The notes below the pieces were generated by a model, which was not told where the DNA came from, searched no databases, and saw only the letters and a list, made by a program, of their open reading frames with translations. From contig CAZYWG010000003.1 of NCBI GenBank assembly GCA_964651815.1, forward strand, positions 52,531 to 116,530: a DNA stretch of 64,000 nucleotides. Direction: 5' to 3'. Both the position numbers and the translations under genes were made by a program. Positions 49,591-59,638 of the stretch are shown here, piece after piece; the stretch's first letter is position 1, and the number at the start of each line of letters is the position of its first letter. The stretch is from an uncultured Gammaproteobacteria bacterium (GTDB lineage Bacteria > Patescibacteriota > Microgenomatia > Levybacterales > GWA1-39-11).

Positions 49591-51543
49591 CTATGCCGGG
49601 TCGGCTTTGAAGGACTTCTTGAGTGAGGAGATTATTTTTTCGCGTATCGGAGTTATATCCTCTGCAGTCAGGTTTTTTTCATTGCTTTGATAAACAATCC
49701 TGAAGGTTTTTTTATTTTGATAAATATCAAGTAGCGATACATCTGTAATCAGTTCGCTCTGCTCTTTTATAGTTTTAACTATTTTTTCATAAGTTACTTT
49801 AGGGTCAATTTCAAACCTTAAATCTTCAATTGCCTCAGGAAATATGGACTTTGGCTTATAGATTTTTGCGGAGCTGGCATTTTTGAAGAGAATATCAAAA
49901 TCAAGCTCAAAATCAACTATGTTAGCCTCAAGCTGTTCTATCTCGCCTGCCTGAGTCTTTCCTATATATATATCAGTCCCCTGGCCTCCACTTTTAGCTT
50001 CTTTGAATTCATAATCTTTGATTCCTAGGTCTTGCAAAATACCCTCCATAATCCCTTTTGCCTCAAAAAAAGAAACTTTTTCATGCTTTAAAACCGCAGC
50101 AAGCATTAGTTTTTCCTCCGGTAAATCTTTTTCTCGTTTAATATATACATTTGCTAGCTCAAACAGTTTAAGCTCGTTCCTGTTTTTATTTTCTCGTGAG
50201 GCCTCTAGAATGCTTGGGATTAATGTAGTTCTCATGTAGATATGATCTTCAGTCAGAGGATTTTTTATAGTAACCGCTTCTCCCGGCGCCACTTCAAGTA
50301 AATTTTCTGAGACCATGGGGTATGTGTAGATTTCAGTAAAACCCCAATATTTCATGCTACTTCGTACACGCTTCTCCCAATAAAAAATATCTTTTGCTTG
50401 ATTGTATATTTGAATCTCAGAACTCTGAGGCAAAACACTTGGAAGTCTAAAATATCCATAAACACGGGCTATTTCTTCTACTAAATCTTCCGGAATTTCA
50501 ACGTCATTTGAGCGCCAGGAAGGAACTTTTGTCTTAATTTCATTCTTTTCAATTGTGGCTTCAAATCCCAAATCTGAAAGAATTTTTTCGCAAGTAATAA
50601 GAGGAATGTCTATTCCTATTACCGAATTTATTTTTTCTTCTGCTACGCTTACGGTTTTAGTTTTTACTTTATTTGGATAAACATCATGAATCTTAGAAAT
50701 GACTTTTGCATCCGCAATTTCTTTCAGAAGTTGCACGCCTCGGCGTATCGAATCAAATGCTTTTTCAGGATCTACTCCTTTTTCATTAAGGATTGCAGCG
50801 TCTGTGCGAATTCCAAGCGACATGGAAGTTTTTCTGATTTTGTGTTGGTTATCATTATCAACAAATAACATAACTTTTTTTGTGTTATCATCAACTGCAG
50901 AATTTTGTGTCCCCATAATTCCCAAAAGGTCAATTATTATTCCTGTTCCATCGTCTGCGATAATATCTCCACCTTTCAGAGTATATTCATCTCCGTGTAG
51001 GTCAACAATTTTTTCGCATGCCGCGGCTTCTCTGATAATAAATTTACCAAACCCCAAAAGCTTGTCATAATCAAATGCGTGCATAGGGTGCCCTATCTCA
51101 CGCATGACGTAATTTGTAACGTCAATTAAGTTGTTATGTGGATTAATTCCGGTTGCCTCGAGTCTTTTTTTGATATAGTCAGGAGATTCTTTGAGTGTTA
51201 TGTCAAGCGCAACAGCGCAAATTCTGTTTACAAGATTTGCATCAATTTTAATTTCTATCTCGAGCGGATTTTTATTTGCTATATTTTGAAAATCAGGTTC
51301 TATAAATTTTGCTTCAATACCAAACTGGGGTAGAATGGTTGCCGCCTCTCTTGCCAATCCGATAATCGACATTAAATCCGGACGGTTTGTAGTGATTTCA
51401 ATGTCATAAATAAAATCTTTTTCCAACGGTTCGATTCTTTCAACCGAGACACTTGTCAAAGAAAGTTTCTCGGCAATTGTGTGAGCCGATGCTTCCGTTT
51501 TTAAATATTCTTTTAACCAACTGTGCAAAATTCGTATGTTCAT
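49591..51543 (-). CDS. pheT: phenylalanine--tRNA ligase beta subunit (short form)
   Basis: 650 aa; B3/B4 and B5 domains plus a C-terminal anticodon-binding-like domain; lies downstream of pheS. Confidence 0.85.
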   Translation of the reverse strand: MNIRILHSWLKEYLKTEASAHTIAEKLSLTSVSVERIEPLEKDFIYDIEITTNRPDLMSIIGLAREAATILPQFGIEAKFIEPDFQNIANKNPLEIEIKIDANLVNRICAVALDITLKESPDYIKKRLEATGINPHNNLIDVTNYVMREIGHPMHAFDYDKLLGFGKFIIREAAACEKIVDLHGDEYTLKGGDIIADDGTGIIIDLLGIMGTQNSAVDDNTKKVMLFVDNDNQHKIRKTSMSLGIRTDAAILNEKGVDPEKAFDSIRRGVQLLKEIADAKVISKIHDVYPNKVKTKTVSVAEEKINSVIGIDIPLITCEKILSDLGFEATIEKNEIKTKVPSWRSNDVEIPEDLVEEIARVYGYFRLPSVLPQSSEIQIYNQAKDIFYWEKRVRSSMKYWGFTEIYTYPMVSENLLEVAPGEAVTIKNPLTEDHIYMRTTLIPSILEASRENKNRNELKLFELANVYIKREKDLPEEKLMLAAVLKHEKVSFFEAKGIMEGILQDLGIKDYEFKEAKSGGQGTDIYIGKTQAGEIEQLEANIVDFELDFDILFKNASSAKIYKPKSIFPEAIEDLRFEIDPKVTYEKIVKTIKEQSELITDVSLLDIYQNKKTFRIVYQSNEKNLTAEDITPIREKIISSLKKSFKADPA

Positions 51544-51779
51544 TTTTTAGGCATAATCTTATTTATAGAAAATTTATAAACCAGAAAAGTAAGAACTATG
51601 GACACGACCATTATTAATAGTGTTTGAGGCCATAGATTTACAGGTTTAAAGCAAACCATCATGCAGGGAGGGAAAAGAGCTTGGTTTACGTTAATAAGTA
51701 TTACAAAGAAAATAACAAAAACAACGAGAGCAAAAAATATTTTTATTGTAATTTTTCCCATAAGATCAAAACTGCTCAA
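51540..51779 (-). CDS. small two-TM membrane protein between pheS and pheT
   Basis: 79 aa hydrophobic ORF overlapping both neighbours by a few bp; could be genuine or a chance ORF. Confidence 0.3.
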   Translation of the reverse strand: MSSFDLMGKITIKIFFALVVFVIFFVILINVNQALFPPCMMVCFKPVNLWPQTLLIMVVSIVLTFLVYKFSINKIMPKK

Positions 51780-52827
51780 GAAAGTCTAAATTATTTGAAT
51801 ACAAAATTCTGAGATCATCAAGCTCTAAGCCTTCGCGCATCATGAGAACTCGTTCTACTCCCCAGCCGGAGGCAAAGCCCGTATATTTTGCCGGATCAAT
51901 ACCGCAAGCTTTTAGAACATTAGGGTGGACCATTCCGGCGCCTCCAATTTCAAGCCATCCTTCTTTACAAAGCCTGCATTTTTCACCGTTTATTTTGCCT
52001 GTGCCGTTGCAAACTCCGCAGGAAACGTCTGTTTCAAAAGATGGTTCCGTAAACTGAAAATGATATGGCCTTAATCTTGTTTTTCTGTTCTCGCCAAACC
52101 ACGATTTTACAAAATAATCGAGCGTTCCTTTTAAATTTGTTACGGAGATTTTTTTGTCAACTACAAGCGTCTCAAACTGGTGAAAGATTTGGGAATGGGA
52201 GACATCTGATTGCCTTCTATAGCACTTTGCAATATTTAGCATTTTAATCGGTAACTTTCCTTTTGTCATTTCCCTGATTTGGCCGCTTGATGTGTGGGGA
52301 GTTAAAATCATGGGACCCATTTTTGTATCAGGCACGGACGCGTGATCAATAAAAAATGTTTCCCAGTCGTCCCTGGCCGGGTGATTTTCCGGAAAATTCA
52401 GAGCGCCAAACGCGTACCAATCCCACTCTACTTCAGGGTGCCGGACGCGGGTAAAGCCGATACGTGAAAAAATATCCGAAATTTCTTCAATCGCCTGACT
52501 TATTAGATGTAAATGTCCAAGTGGTGGTTTTTGGCCGGGAAGAGTTATATCAAGAAATTCTTTTTTAAATGCTTCGCGTTTTACTCCCTTAAATTCAGCA
52601 ATCCTTCTTTCAAGAAGCTCCGCGACACTATTAAGAATTTCATTTGCAAGTTTTCCTATTTCAGGACGTCTGTCTTCCGGAATATTTTTGAGACCTTTTA
52701 CAAGCTCAGTTAACTTTCCTGACTTCCCCAAGAAGTTAAGCTTAATTTCGTTCAGCTCTGTCTCGTCCTCCGCCGCGATAATAAGTGAGCTTGCGTCATT
52801 TTTAAGTTTTATTAAATCTTGTTCCAT
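51766..52827 (-). CDS. pheS: phenylalanine--tRNA ligase alpha subunit
   Basis: 353 aa; class II motifs (FRPSYFPFTEPS-like HFQFTEPSFE, GAGMVHPNVL..GWGVERVLM). Confidence 0.9.
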   Translation of the reverse strand: MEQDLIKLKNDASSLIIAAEDETELNEIKLNFLGKSGKLTELVKGLKNIPEDRRPEIGKLANEILNSVAELLERRIAEFKGVKREAFKKEFLDITLPGQKPPLGHLHLISQAIEEISDIFSRIGFTRVRHPEVEWDWYAFGALNFPENHPARDDWETFFIDHASVPDTKMGPMILTPHTSSGQIREMTKGKLPIKMLNIAKCYRRQSDVSHSQIFHQFETLVVDKKISVTNLKGTLDYFVKSWFGENRKTRLRPYHFQFTEPSFETDVSCGVCNGTGKINGEKCRLCKEGWLEIGGAGMVHPNVLKACGIDPAKYTGFASGWGVERVLMMREGLELDDLRILYSNNLDFLEQF

Positions 52828-52904
52828 CAGTTAGCAACTAGCAACAATATGCCAGCTAATAGTTAGGATACCATAATTAGGCTCGATTTGAAACGAGTAT
52901 GTGG

Positions 52905-54050
52905 TTAAGCGAAGTATTCATTGATGCCCGTGATATTAGATGAGAAACAGACTCTGACATAATTTCTGCCGTTTTTGCCAAACGCGCTTCCGGGAGCGAG
53001 CAATATTTGTTGTTCTTCAAGAAGCTTCATACAATATTCTTCCGATTCAATACCTCCCGGAATTTTTGCCCAAATATATAGCCCTCCTTTTGGAAGTTTG
53101 AAATTAAGCCCCAAAACCTTAAGTTTTTCAGCAATTATGTCACGTCTTTCAACATAACTCTTAATCATTTTTCTACTCCAAGCAAGATCCGGATGTGTCA
53201 ACGCATATGCTCCGGTTTTTTGAAGCGGCATCCACATGCCAGAATCAAGTTGTGATTTTACTTTGGCAAGAGCCCCAACTACTTCAGAATTTCCAACAAG
53301 CCACCCCATACGGTCTCCTGCAAAAGAATGACTTTTTGAAAAAGATCCGAGTTCGCAAGCCACATCTATGGCTCCTGGAATTTCAAGAATACTCGGTGCG
53401 ACAAACCCGTCATACGTAATTTCAGCATACGCATTATCATAAATAATTATTATGTTGTGTTTTTTGGCAAATGACACAAAAGGTTTAAGGTTGGATAGTT
53501 TGGCAACAGCGCCAGTTGGGTTGGATGGAAAATTTACCCAGATGTAGCGAGTTTTTTTAGTGACTTTTTTTTCAAGTTCTGCCATATCCGGCATGAAGTT
53601 ATTTTTTTCGAGAAGATTATAATAAACGGGCTTTACATCAAATATTTGGGCTGGTCCTGAAAAACCAGGGTATCCGGGATCAGGAACTAAAGCCTCGTCT
53701 CCAGGATCGGCCAGCGCTAAAGGAAGGTGTGCTACTCCATCTTTTCCACCAAGAAGTGGAAGTAACTCGTTTTCTTTTAATGTCACGCCGAAGCGAGTTT
53801 TATACCAAGAAATTAAAGCATCAGAAAATTCGCCGCCAGCGCCAAACCCTGGATACAAATGGGAATCTGAATCATCTATAAATTTTTTTAATTTATCTCT
53901 GTATTTTTTGCTGGGTGGAAAATCCGGTGTACCCATGCTCATGTCAAGCACACGTCTACCAGATGTTTTTTCAACTTCACGTTTTTTCCTCCCTAGACGT
54001 GAAAAAACGTATTCTGGAAATTTATCCAATCTCTTTGCAGTACTAATCAT
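52905..54050 (-). CDS. PLP-dependent class I/II aminotransferase
   Basis: 381 aa; NPTG and the PLP-lysine region SFSKSHSFAGDRMGW. Confidence 0.8.
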   Translation of the reverse strand: MISTAKRLDKFPEYVFSRLGRKKREVEKTSGRRVLDMSMGTPDFPPSKKYRDKLKKFIDDSDSHLYPGFGAGGEFSDALISWYKTRFGVTLKENELLPLLGGKDGVAHLPLALADPGDEALVPDPGYPGFSGPAQIFDVKPVYYNLLEKNNFMPDMAELEKKVTKKTRYIWVNFPSNPTGAVAKLSNLKPFVSFAKKHNIIIIYDNAYAEITYDGFVAPSILEIPGAIDVACELGSFSKSHSFAGDRMGWLVGNSEVVGALAKVKSQLDSGMWMPLQKTGAYALTHPDLAWSRKMIKSYVERRDIIAEKLKVLGLNFKLPKGGLYIWAKIPGGIESEEYCMKLLEEQQILLAPGSAFGKNGRNYVRVCFSSNITGINEYFA

Positions 54051-54076
54051 TTAATTAAGAATCTTGAGGAAAAAAA

Positions 54077-54421
54077 TTACTTAACAGTTTCAACTATATT
54101 TTTGAAAGTTGCAGGGTCGTTTAGGACTAAATCAGCAAGAATTTTTCTGTCAACTTTAATGTTATTTTTGGTGAGTTTGTCAATAAAGCGGCTGTATGAG
54201 ACGCCTTCTGCTTTTGATGCGGCAGAAATTCTTGTAATCCATAGTCTTCTAAAGTCGCGCTTTTTATTCTTACGTCCAGCAAACGCGTATTCTCCTGCGT
54301 GAAGAGCGGCTTCGTGTGCTACTCTTACGAGCTTGCTTTTTGTTCCGCGGTAGCCTTTGTTAAGGCCTAATAATTTTTTATGGCGTCTTCTAGAAACTAT
54401 TCCTCTTTTAACTCTTGTCAT
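54077..54421 (-). CDS. rplT: 50S ribosomal protein L20
   Basis: 114 aa; MTRVKRGIVSRRRHKKLLGLNKGYRG. Confidence 0.95.
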   Translation of the reverse strand: MTRVKRGIVSRRRHKKLLGLNKGYRGTKSKLVRVAHEAALHAGEYAFAGRKNKKRDFRRLWITRISAASKAEGVSYSRFIDKLTKNNIKVDRKILADLVLNDPATFKNIVETVK

Positions 54422-54424
54422 ATT

Positions 54425-54622
54425 TTAGACTCCTCCAATCATCTGTTTAATTTTTATTGCAAATTTACCTGTAAGCTGTCCCGGGATTTCTTTTCTCCTG
54501 AGATTGCTACCCTTATTTTTGCGCCTTTTGTGCCTCGCCATTTGATGCGCATACAAAACTTTACCCGTTGAGGTTATCTTAAATCTCTTTGCTGCTGATT
54601 TTCTTGTTTTTAACTTTGGCAT
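54425..54622 (-). CDS. rpmI: 50S ribosomal protein L35
   Basis: 65 aa; [22 protein letters not shown]. Confidence 0.9.
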   Translation of the reverse strand: MPKLKTRKSAAKRFKITSTGKVLYAHQMARHKRRKNKGSNLRRKEIPGQLTGKFAIKIKQMIGGV

Positions 54623-54625
54623 ATT

Positions 54626-55216
54626 TTATATATTTACACTTTCTGTACCTGCTTCATTATTTGTTTTTTGCGACTCGTGTTTTGCCCCTTTTGTCATTAC
54701 CATGACAAGTTGTCGTCCTTCCATATGCATTTCTTTTTCAACTTTTGCAATTTCTTCAAGTTGCTCAATTACCCTATTAAGTACCTTTCTTCCCAAATCC
54801 TGCTTAGTCATCTCACGCCCCCTAAACTTGACAACAAATCTTACTTTATCCCCGTCCGCAATAAACTCTTTTGCGCGTGCAAGTTTTATTCCCAAATCAT
54901 GATTGTCAATAAATGGCCCAAATTGCACTTGCTTAGTTTCCGATGCATGTGTATGCTTTTTTTCCTCCTGTTTTTTCTTTTTTAATTGGTACAAAAATTT
55001 ATTGTAGTCAATTAGTTTTACAACAGGCGGCACGGCAAGTGGCGCAACCTCAACCAAATCTAGAGATTTTTCTCCTGAGATAGCTAAAGCTTCCTGGAAA
55101 GGAATAATTCCAATCTGAACTCCTTCATCATCAAGAAGGCGGACAGTTTGTGCTCGTATCTGATGGTTAATCCTATACGATACTCTTTCTTGTTTGAATT
55201 TATTTCCTTTTCTCAA
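54626..55216 (-). CDS. infC: translation initiation factor IF-3
   Basis: 196 aa; RINHQIRAQTVRLL..GEQLGI-like N-domain and C-domain; overlaps the thrS 3' end by 17 nt (IF-3 genes often use atypical starts, so the true start may be downstream). Confidence 0.9.
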   Translation of the reverse strand: MRKGNKFKQERVSYRINHQIRAQTVRLLDDEGVQIGIIPFQEALAISGEKSLDLVEVAPLAVPPVVKLIDYNKFLYQLKKKKQEEKKHTHASETKQVQFGPFIDNHDLGIKLARAKEFIADGDKVRFVVKFRGREMTKQDLGRKVLNRVIEQLEEIAKVEKEMHMEGRQLVMVMTKGAKHESQKTNNEAGTESVNI

Positions 55217-56972
55217 TATGCGCTTTTTGCTCTTTCAGAAAATCGCTCAATTTTTGTATTCCTAGGTCATTACCTTCACCGGATCTAACGGACACAAATA
55301 ACTCTCCGCCAACACCCGCCTGAGCTTTCTCTTTCTCGCCTATTATACAGGCATAGGGTATCTTTTGTAAAGTAGCCTCGCGAATTTTGGCGCCAATGGG
55401 TTTATTGGAGTCATCAATTTCTGCGCGTAGTCCTTCTTTTTTAAGCTTTTGGTAAACTTCCTGGGCATAATCCGCAACTTTTTCGGAAACCGGTAAAACA
55501 GCCACTTGGACAGGCGCAAGCCATAATGGAAACCTTCCCACAAAATGCTCGGTAAGGATTCCAATAAATCGCTCAAAAGACCCGTAAATTGCTCTGTGAA
55601 TTGTAGCAGGAGTCACTTCTACTCCATTTTGGTCAGTATATACGAGTTTAAAATTTTTGGGCTGTTGAAAATCAAGTTGTATTGTCCCGGTTTGCCATTC
55701 GCGTCCTAGAGAATCTTTCATTAAGATGTCAACTTTTGGTCCGTAAAAAGCTCCTTCCCCTTCTTCTTTAACATATTCAATGCCACTCTCGTCCAGAATT
55801 TTTTGCAATGAAGCTTCTGCTTGGTCCCAGTCTTTTTTCTCACCCATAAACTTTTCCGGGCGGGTTCCAAATCTTAACCTGTATATTAGGTCAAAAGCGG
55901 AATAAAAAATTTCTATCATTTCCATAATTTTTTCAAATTCCTCTTTCAGTTGATCCATAGCAATAAAAATATGTGCGTCGTCCTGGTGAAATTCTCGGGT
56001 TCTAAAAAGCCCATTGAGAGTGCCTGACAGTTCAAACCTGTGTAAAGCTGAGGTTTCTGAAAGACGCATTGGGAGATCCCTATAAGAACGCGTGACTAAA
56101 GAAAAAATAGTCATAGCATTTGGACAATTCATAGGTTTCACTCCAAAAGTTTCCGTCCCGGCGAGCGCGTCTTTTGAATCGCCCCGGAGAAATGACATTG
56201 GAGAGACAAACATATCGTCCCTGTAGTGGTACCAATGCCCGGAAGTCTCATATAATTCTTTTTTACTTAAAATTGGGGTTGCAACTTCTTGGTATCCAAA
56301 TTGTTTGTGGACAATACGCGAGAAATTCAACAATTCGTTGTATAAAACTAATCCTTTAGGAAGCCAATAAGGCATGCCAGGGGACGTCTCATGAAAAATG
56401 AATAACCCAAGTGCTTGTCCTAGCTTTTTGTGGTCGCGTTTTTTTGCCTCTTCAAGCATTAAAAGATAATCGTCGAGTTCGGATTTTGTAGGAAAACACG
56501 TCCCATAAATACGAGTTAACATTGCGTTTTTTTCACTCCCCCGCCAATAAGCACCCGCAACGGACAAAAGTTTAAAATGCTTTAGTTCCTCAGCAGGGTT
56601 TTCACAATGTCCCCCCTTACACAAATCCCAGTAACTACCGGATTTATAAAAGGTAACCTTTTCTACGTTTTTGGTAAATTCTTCAATTAATTCGTGTTTG
56701 TAAGGATTTCCGGGATATTCTTTCTTGGCCTCTTCTGCCGTTAGCTCGCTTTTTTCAAAACCCTTCCAAGTTTTAACCAACTCATGCATTTTATTTTCGA
56801 TTTTGGCAAAATCATCCTCTGAAATTTTTTTATCTCCAAAATCAAAGTCAAAATAAAACCCGTTTTCAATAGATGGCCCTATTGCACGTTTTGCATCAGG
56901 ATATAGTTCAATTATTGCCGCAGCAAGCAAATGCGCACACGAATGCCGTAAATTATCAAGTGATGAAGACAT
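55200..56972 (-). CDS. thrS: threonine--tRNA ligase (lacks N-terminal TGS domain)
   Basis: 590 aa; begins directly in the editing domain (RHSCAHLLAAAI with the His pair); class II catalytic core and C-terminal anticodon-binding domain. Confidence 0.9.
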   Translation of the reverse strand: MSSSLDNLRHSCAHLLAAAIIELYPDAKRAIGPSIENGFYFDFDFGDKKISEDDFAKIENKMHELVKTWKGFEKSELTAEEAKKEYPGNPYKHELIEEFTKNVEKVTFYKSGSYWDLCKGGHCENPAEELKHFKLLSVAGAYWRGSEKNAMLTRIYGTCFPTKSELDDYLLMLEEAKKRDHKKLGQALGLFIFHETSPGMPYWLPKGLVLYNELLNFSRIVHKQFGYQEVATPILSKKELYETSGHWYHYRDDMFVSPMSFLRGDSKDALAGTETFGVKPMNCPNAMTIFSLVTRSYRDLPMRLSETSALHRFELSGTLNGLFRTREFHQDDAHIFIAMDQLKEEFEKIMEMIEIFYSAFDLIYRLRFGTRPEKFMGEKKDWDQAEASLQKILDESGIEYVKEEGEGAFYGPKVDILMKDSLGREWQTGTIQLDFQQPKNFKLVYTDQNGVEVTPATIHRAIYGSFERFIGILTEHFVGRFPLWLAPVQVAVLPVSEKVADYAQEVYQKLKKEGLRAEIDDSNKPIGAKIREATLQKIPYACIIGEKEKAQAGVGGELFVSVRSGEGNDLGIQKLSDFLKEQKAHIEKRK

Positions 56973-57007
56973 GAAGCTATTGTATCAAGCGGTAAGAGCT
57001 TTGTAAA

Positions 57008-57571
57008 TTACAAGCCTAACTCGCCCGCAATTTTCTGCATTGAGGAGAGGATTATTTCCACAAATTTTGAAAGCGGAATATTCAGTTTTTCTTCGCATAG
57101 TTTTATTACTTCACGGTCCGCGCCTTTCGCAAACGATTTTTCGCCGAAGCGTTTTAGCACAAAATCAGGCGTTATATCGGATAGTTTTTTTGACGGTGAA
57201 ATTAACGTTGCAGCAACAATAAGACCTGTCAATTGGTCGCACGTAGTAATTGCCCAATCCATAGGAGTTACGGGTGTGACTTTTGTGTTCTGAAAGTTGT
57301 GAGAATTAATGGCGTGTCCTATATCTTCTGGGAGATTTTCTTTTTCAGTTATTACCATTCCATGTCTAGTCGGATCGTCTCCGTACATTTCATAATCCGC
57401 GTCGTGTAAAAGTCCGGTTATTCCCCAGGTTTCAACCGTTTGTTCGTTTACATTCGGATCGAGATATTTACAAATACCCATCATTGCTGCTTCACACGCA
57501 AGACAATGCTTAATGAGATTTTTATTCTTAAGATACTTGTTTAAAATTTTATCTGCGTCTTCTCGTATCAT
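57008..57571 (-). CDS. HD-domain phosphohydrolase
   Basis: 187 aa; H...HD (GLLHDADYE) metal-binding pattern. Confidence 0.7.
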   Translation of the reverse strand: MIREDADKILNKYLKNKNLIKHCLACEAAMMGICKYLDPNVNEQTVETWGITGLLHDADYEMYGDDPTRHGMVITEKENLPEDIGHAINSHNFQNTKVTPVTPMDWAITTCDQLTGLIVAATLISPSKKLSDITPDFVLKRFGEKSFAKGADREVIKLCEEKLNIPLSKFVEIILSSMQKIAGELGL

Positions 57572-57767
57572 GGTCTAATGGTTCAATGCTTTGATTTTTC
57601 ACTTCCCTATCAGACACGCTTCCACCTATTGGAGCGTCTCTTAATGATTCCGGAATAATTGTTGATACCCTAATATTTCTTACGGTACCACCTATTTTCT
57701 TTTTTAATGAGTAGGAATCTTTAGCTACTTCAGTTAATGGTTCGAATTTTTGTCTTCTTGATGACAT
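57549..57767 (-). CDS. hypothetical small protein
   Basis: 72 aa ORF, basic; weak support. Confidence 0.2.
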   Translation of the reverse strand: MSSRRQKFEPLTEVAKDSYSLKKKIGGTVRNIRVSTIIPESLRDAPIGGSVSDREVKNQSIEPLDHDTRRRR

Positions 57768-57770
57768 ATG

Positions 57771-58400
57771 TTATTTTGAGCCTGAGAGCGCAACTTTTAT
57801 TCCTAGTCCAATTAAAACAACACCGATAAATTTCTCAGCATAATGCTGAATTTTATGAATTCTTGCTTGAATCAAATGATGGGAAAAAACGTAAGCAATT
57901 AATGCAAACCAAAGAGTTGTTACAACAGACATTTCTCCACCCATAATTAATTTTACAAAAAGCGGGGTTTTAGGGCTTATTACAAGAGTAAAAAGGCTTA
58001 AAAAGAATAAAGTTGCCTTTGGATTAAGAGCATTTGTCAGAAAGCCAATTTTGACTGCATGCCATTTTGGAATATCTATTTTTTCCACTATTCTGCTCTC
58101 ATCACGCTTGGACTGCTTTGAAGTTAACGATTTAAAGCCGATATAAATAAGATACGCGGCGCCTAAATATTTTATGAAGTTAAAAAGCAGAATTGATTTT
58201 GAAATAATGTACCCTATTCCTATTAGTGAATAAGTAACATGGACAAGTATCCCAAGGCCAAGTCCCAATGCAGAATAAATTCCGGTTTTTCTTGAATAAA
58301 TTAAGCTGTTGCGGGTTATCATCATAAAATCCGGCCCAGGGCTTACAACTGCCAAAAAATGGACTAAAGCAACTGTTAAAATGATTGATAGATAAGGCAT
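57771..58400 (-). CDS. LysE/RhtB family amino-acid exporter
   Basis: 209 aa, 6 TM; N-terminal ...VVSPGPDFMMITRNSL resembles the LysE/RhtB signature. Confidence 0.7.
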   Translation of the reverse strand: MPYLSIILTVALVHFLAVVSPGPDFMMITRNSLIYSRKTGIYSALGLGLGILVHVTYSLIGIGYIISKSILLFNFIKYLGAAYLIYIGFKSLTSKQSKRDESRIVEKIDIPKWHAVKIGFLTNALNPKATLFFLSLFTLVISPKTPLFVKLIMGGEMSVVTTLWFALIAYVFSHHLIQARIHKIQHYAEKFIGVVLIGLGIKVALSGSK

Positions 58401-58467
58401 AGTTTAATTATAACATTCCGTCAGATTGTTAATTAATGATATTTCTGATAAAATTTGAACCTAACCG

Positions 58468-58541
58468 GGACCCATAGCTCAGTTGGTTAGAGCGTTACAT
58501 TGACATTGTAAAGGCCAGTGGTTCGAGTCCACTTGGGTCCA
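58468..58541 (+). tRNA. tRNA-Val (anticodon GAC)
   Basis: Hand-folded cloverleaf: acceptor GGACCCA/TGGGTCC (7 bp), U8, D stem GCTC/GAGC with AGTTGGTTA loop, anticodon stem TTACA/TGTAA with loop TTGACAT (GAC), T arm AGTGG-TTCGAGT-CCACT, discriminator A; CCA not encoded. Confidence 0.85.
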
Positions 58542-59621
58542 CTAGACCAATACGATTTGCTCACAAAATTCCGCTGCTTTTACCATGTCTGAAATTTTTA
58601 CAAATTCTCTCTTTGTATGAGCTTCATAATCTCCTATTCCTACGGCAACGGCTTGAATTCCATTTGTGTGAAATATGTTGACGTCTGTCCCTCCTCCCGA
58701 TTCATGAAAGTTAGGCTTTAAATTCAATTTAGCAAAAGCTTTTTTCATTTTGTTTAAAACAGGATGTTGCTCGTCAAGTCTGTAAGGATCAAATTCCCTT
58801 TCGATTTTTAAGTCAATTTGTACTTCGGGATTTATTTTCATGACGGAATCAAATACATCTTCAAAATGCTGCGTGTGTTTTATAAGTTTTTCAATATTTC
58901 TGCTTCTTATTTCTCCTTTAAAATGAATGGTTTCTGGGACTGCGTTGCGGGCGCTTCCGCCCTCAATTAAACCTATATTTGCAGTTGTCTCTTCGTCAAT
59001 TCTCCCAAGTTTCAAACCTGAAATAATTTCGGAACCAATTTGAATAGCGGAGATTCCTTTTTCAGGTTCCGCTCCTGCGTGCGCACCTCTACCTGTTATT
59101 GTAACGTCTACTCTATTATATCCGGGTGCAGCAATGTCAACCGTTGCTACATCATCGTCTCCATCAAAGGTTACGCCTGTTTTGGCCCTTATTTTTCTAT
59201 AATCCAAATTCATAGCGCCTATCAAACCCGTTTCTTCTTGTCTTGTAATTACTACATCTATTGGAGCATGTGTTTTCTTCTTTGTCGCAAGGGATGTTAG
59301 CGCTTCGAGAATTTCAGCAATTCCAGCCTTTGGGTCTCCACCGAGAATTGTTGTTCCGTCAGAAGTTATTATGTCTCCGTCGATTTTTGGCATTATTCCT
59401 CTTCCGGGTTCAACTGTATCCATATGTGCAGAAAGCATGAAAGGGTCACCCACTCCATCAAAAAATCCGTATACATTTCCATAAAGGTCAGTATCAGTTT
59501 TTGCGCCAAGCTTTTTGAGACGAAATATCAATTCTTTAGCAATTTCATCCTCATATCCCGAAGGGCTGTCTATTTTAACGAGATCTACGAAAGTTTTTAT
59601 GAGTCGATTTTTATTAATCAT
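58542..59621 (-). CDS. M20-family metallopeptidase (peptidase T-like)
   Basis: 359 aa; SAHMDTV metal ligand region and TGRGAHAGAEPEKGISAI (GxxAHxxxPxxGxxAI) typical of M20 enzymes. Confidence 0.7.
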   Translation of the reverse strand: MINKNRLIKTFVDLVKIDSPSGYEDEIAKELIFRLKKLGAKTDTDLYGNVYGFFDGVGDPFMLSAHMDTVEPGRGIMPKIDGDIITSDGTTILGGDPKAGIAEILEALTSLATKKKTHAPIDVVITRQEETGLIGAMNLDYRKIRAKTGVTFDGDDDVATVDIAAPGYNRVDVTITGRGAHAGAEPEKGISAIQIGSEIISGLKLGRIDEETTANIGLIEGGSARNAVPETIHFKGEIRSRNIEKLIKHTQHFEDVFDSVMKINPEVQIDLKIEREFDPYRLDEQHPVLNKMKKAFAKLNLKPNFHESGGGTDVNIFHTNGIQAVAVGIGDYEAHTKREFVKISDMVKAAEFCEQIVLV

Positions 59622-59638
59622 ACAAAATTATACTAAAA

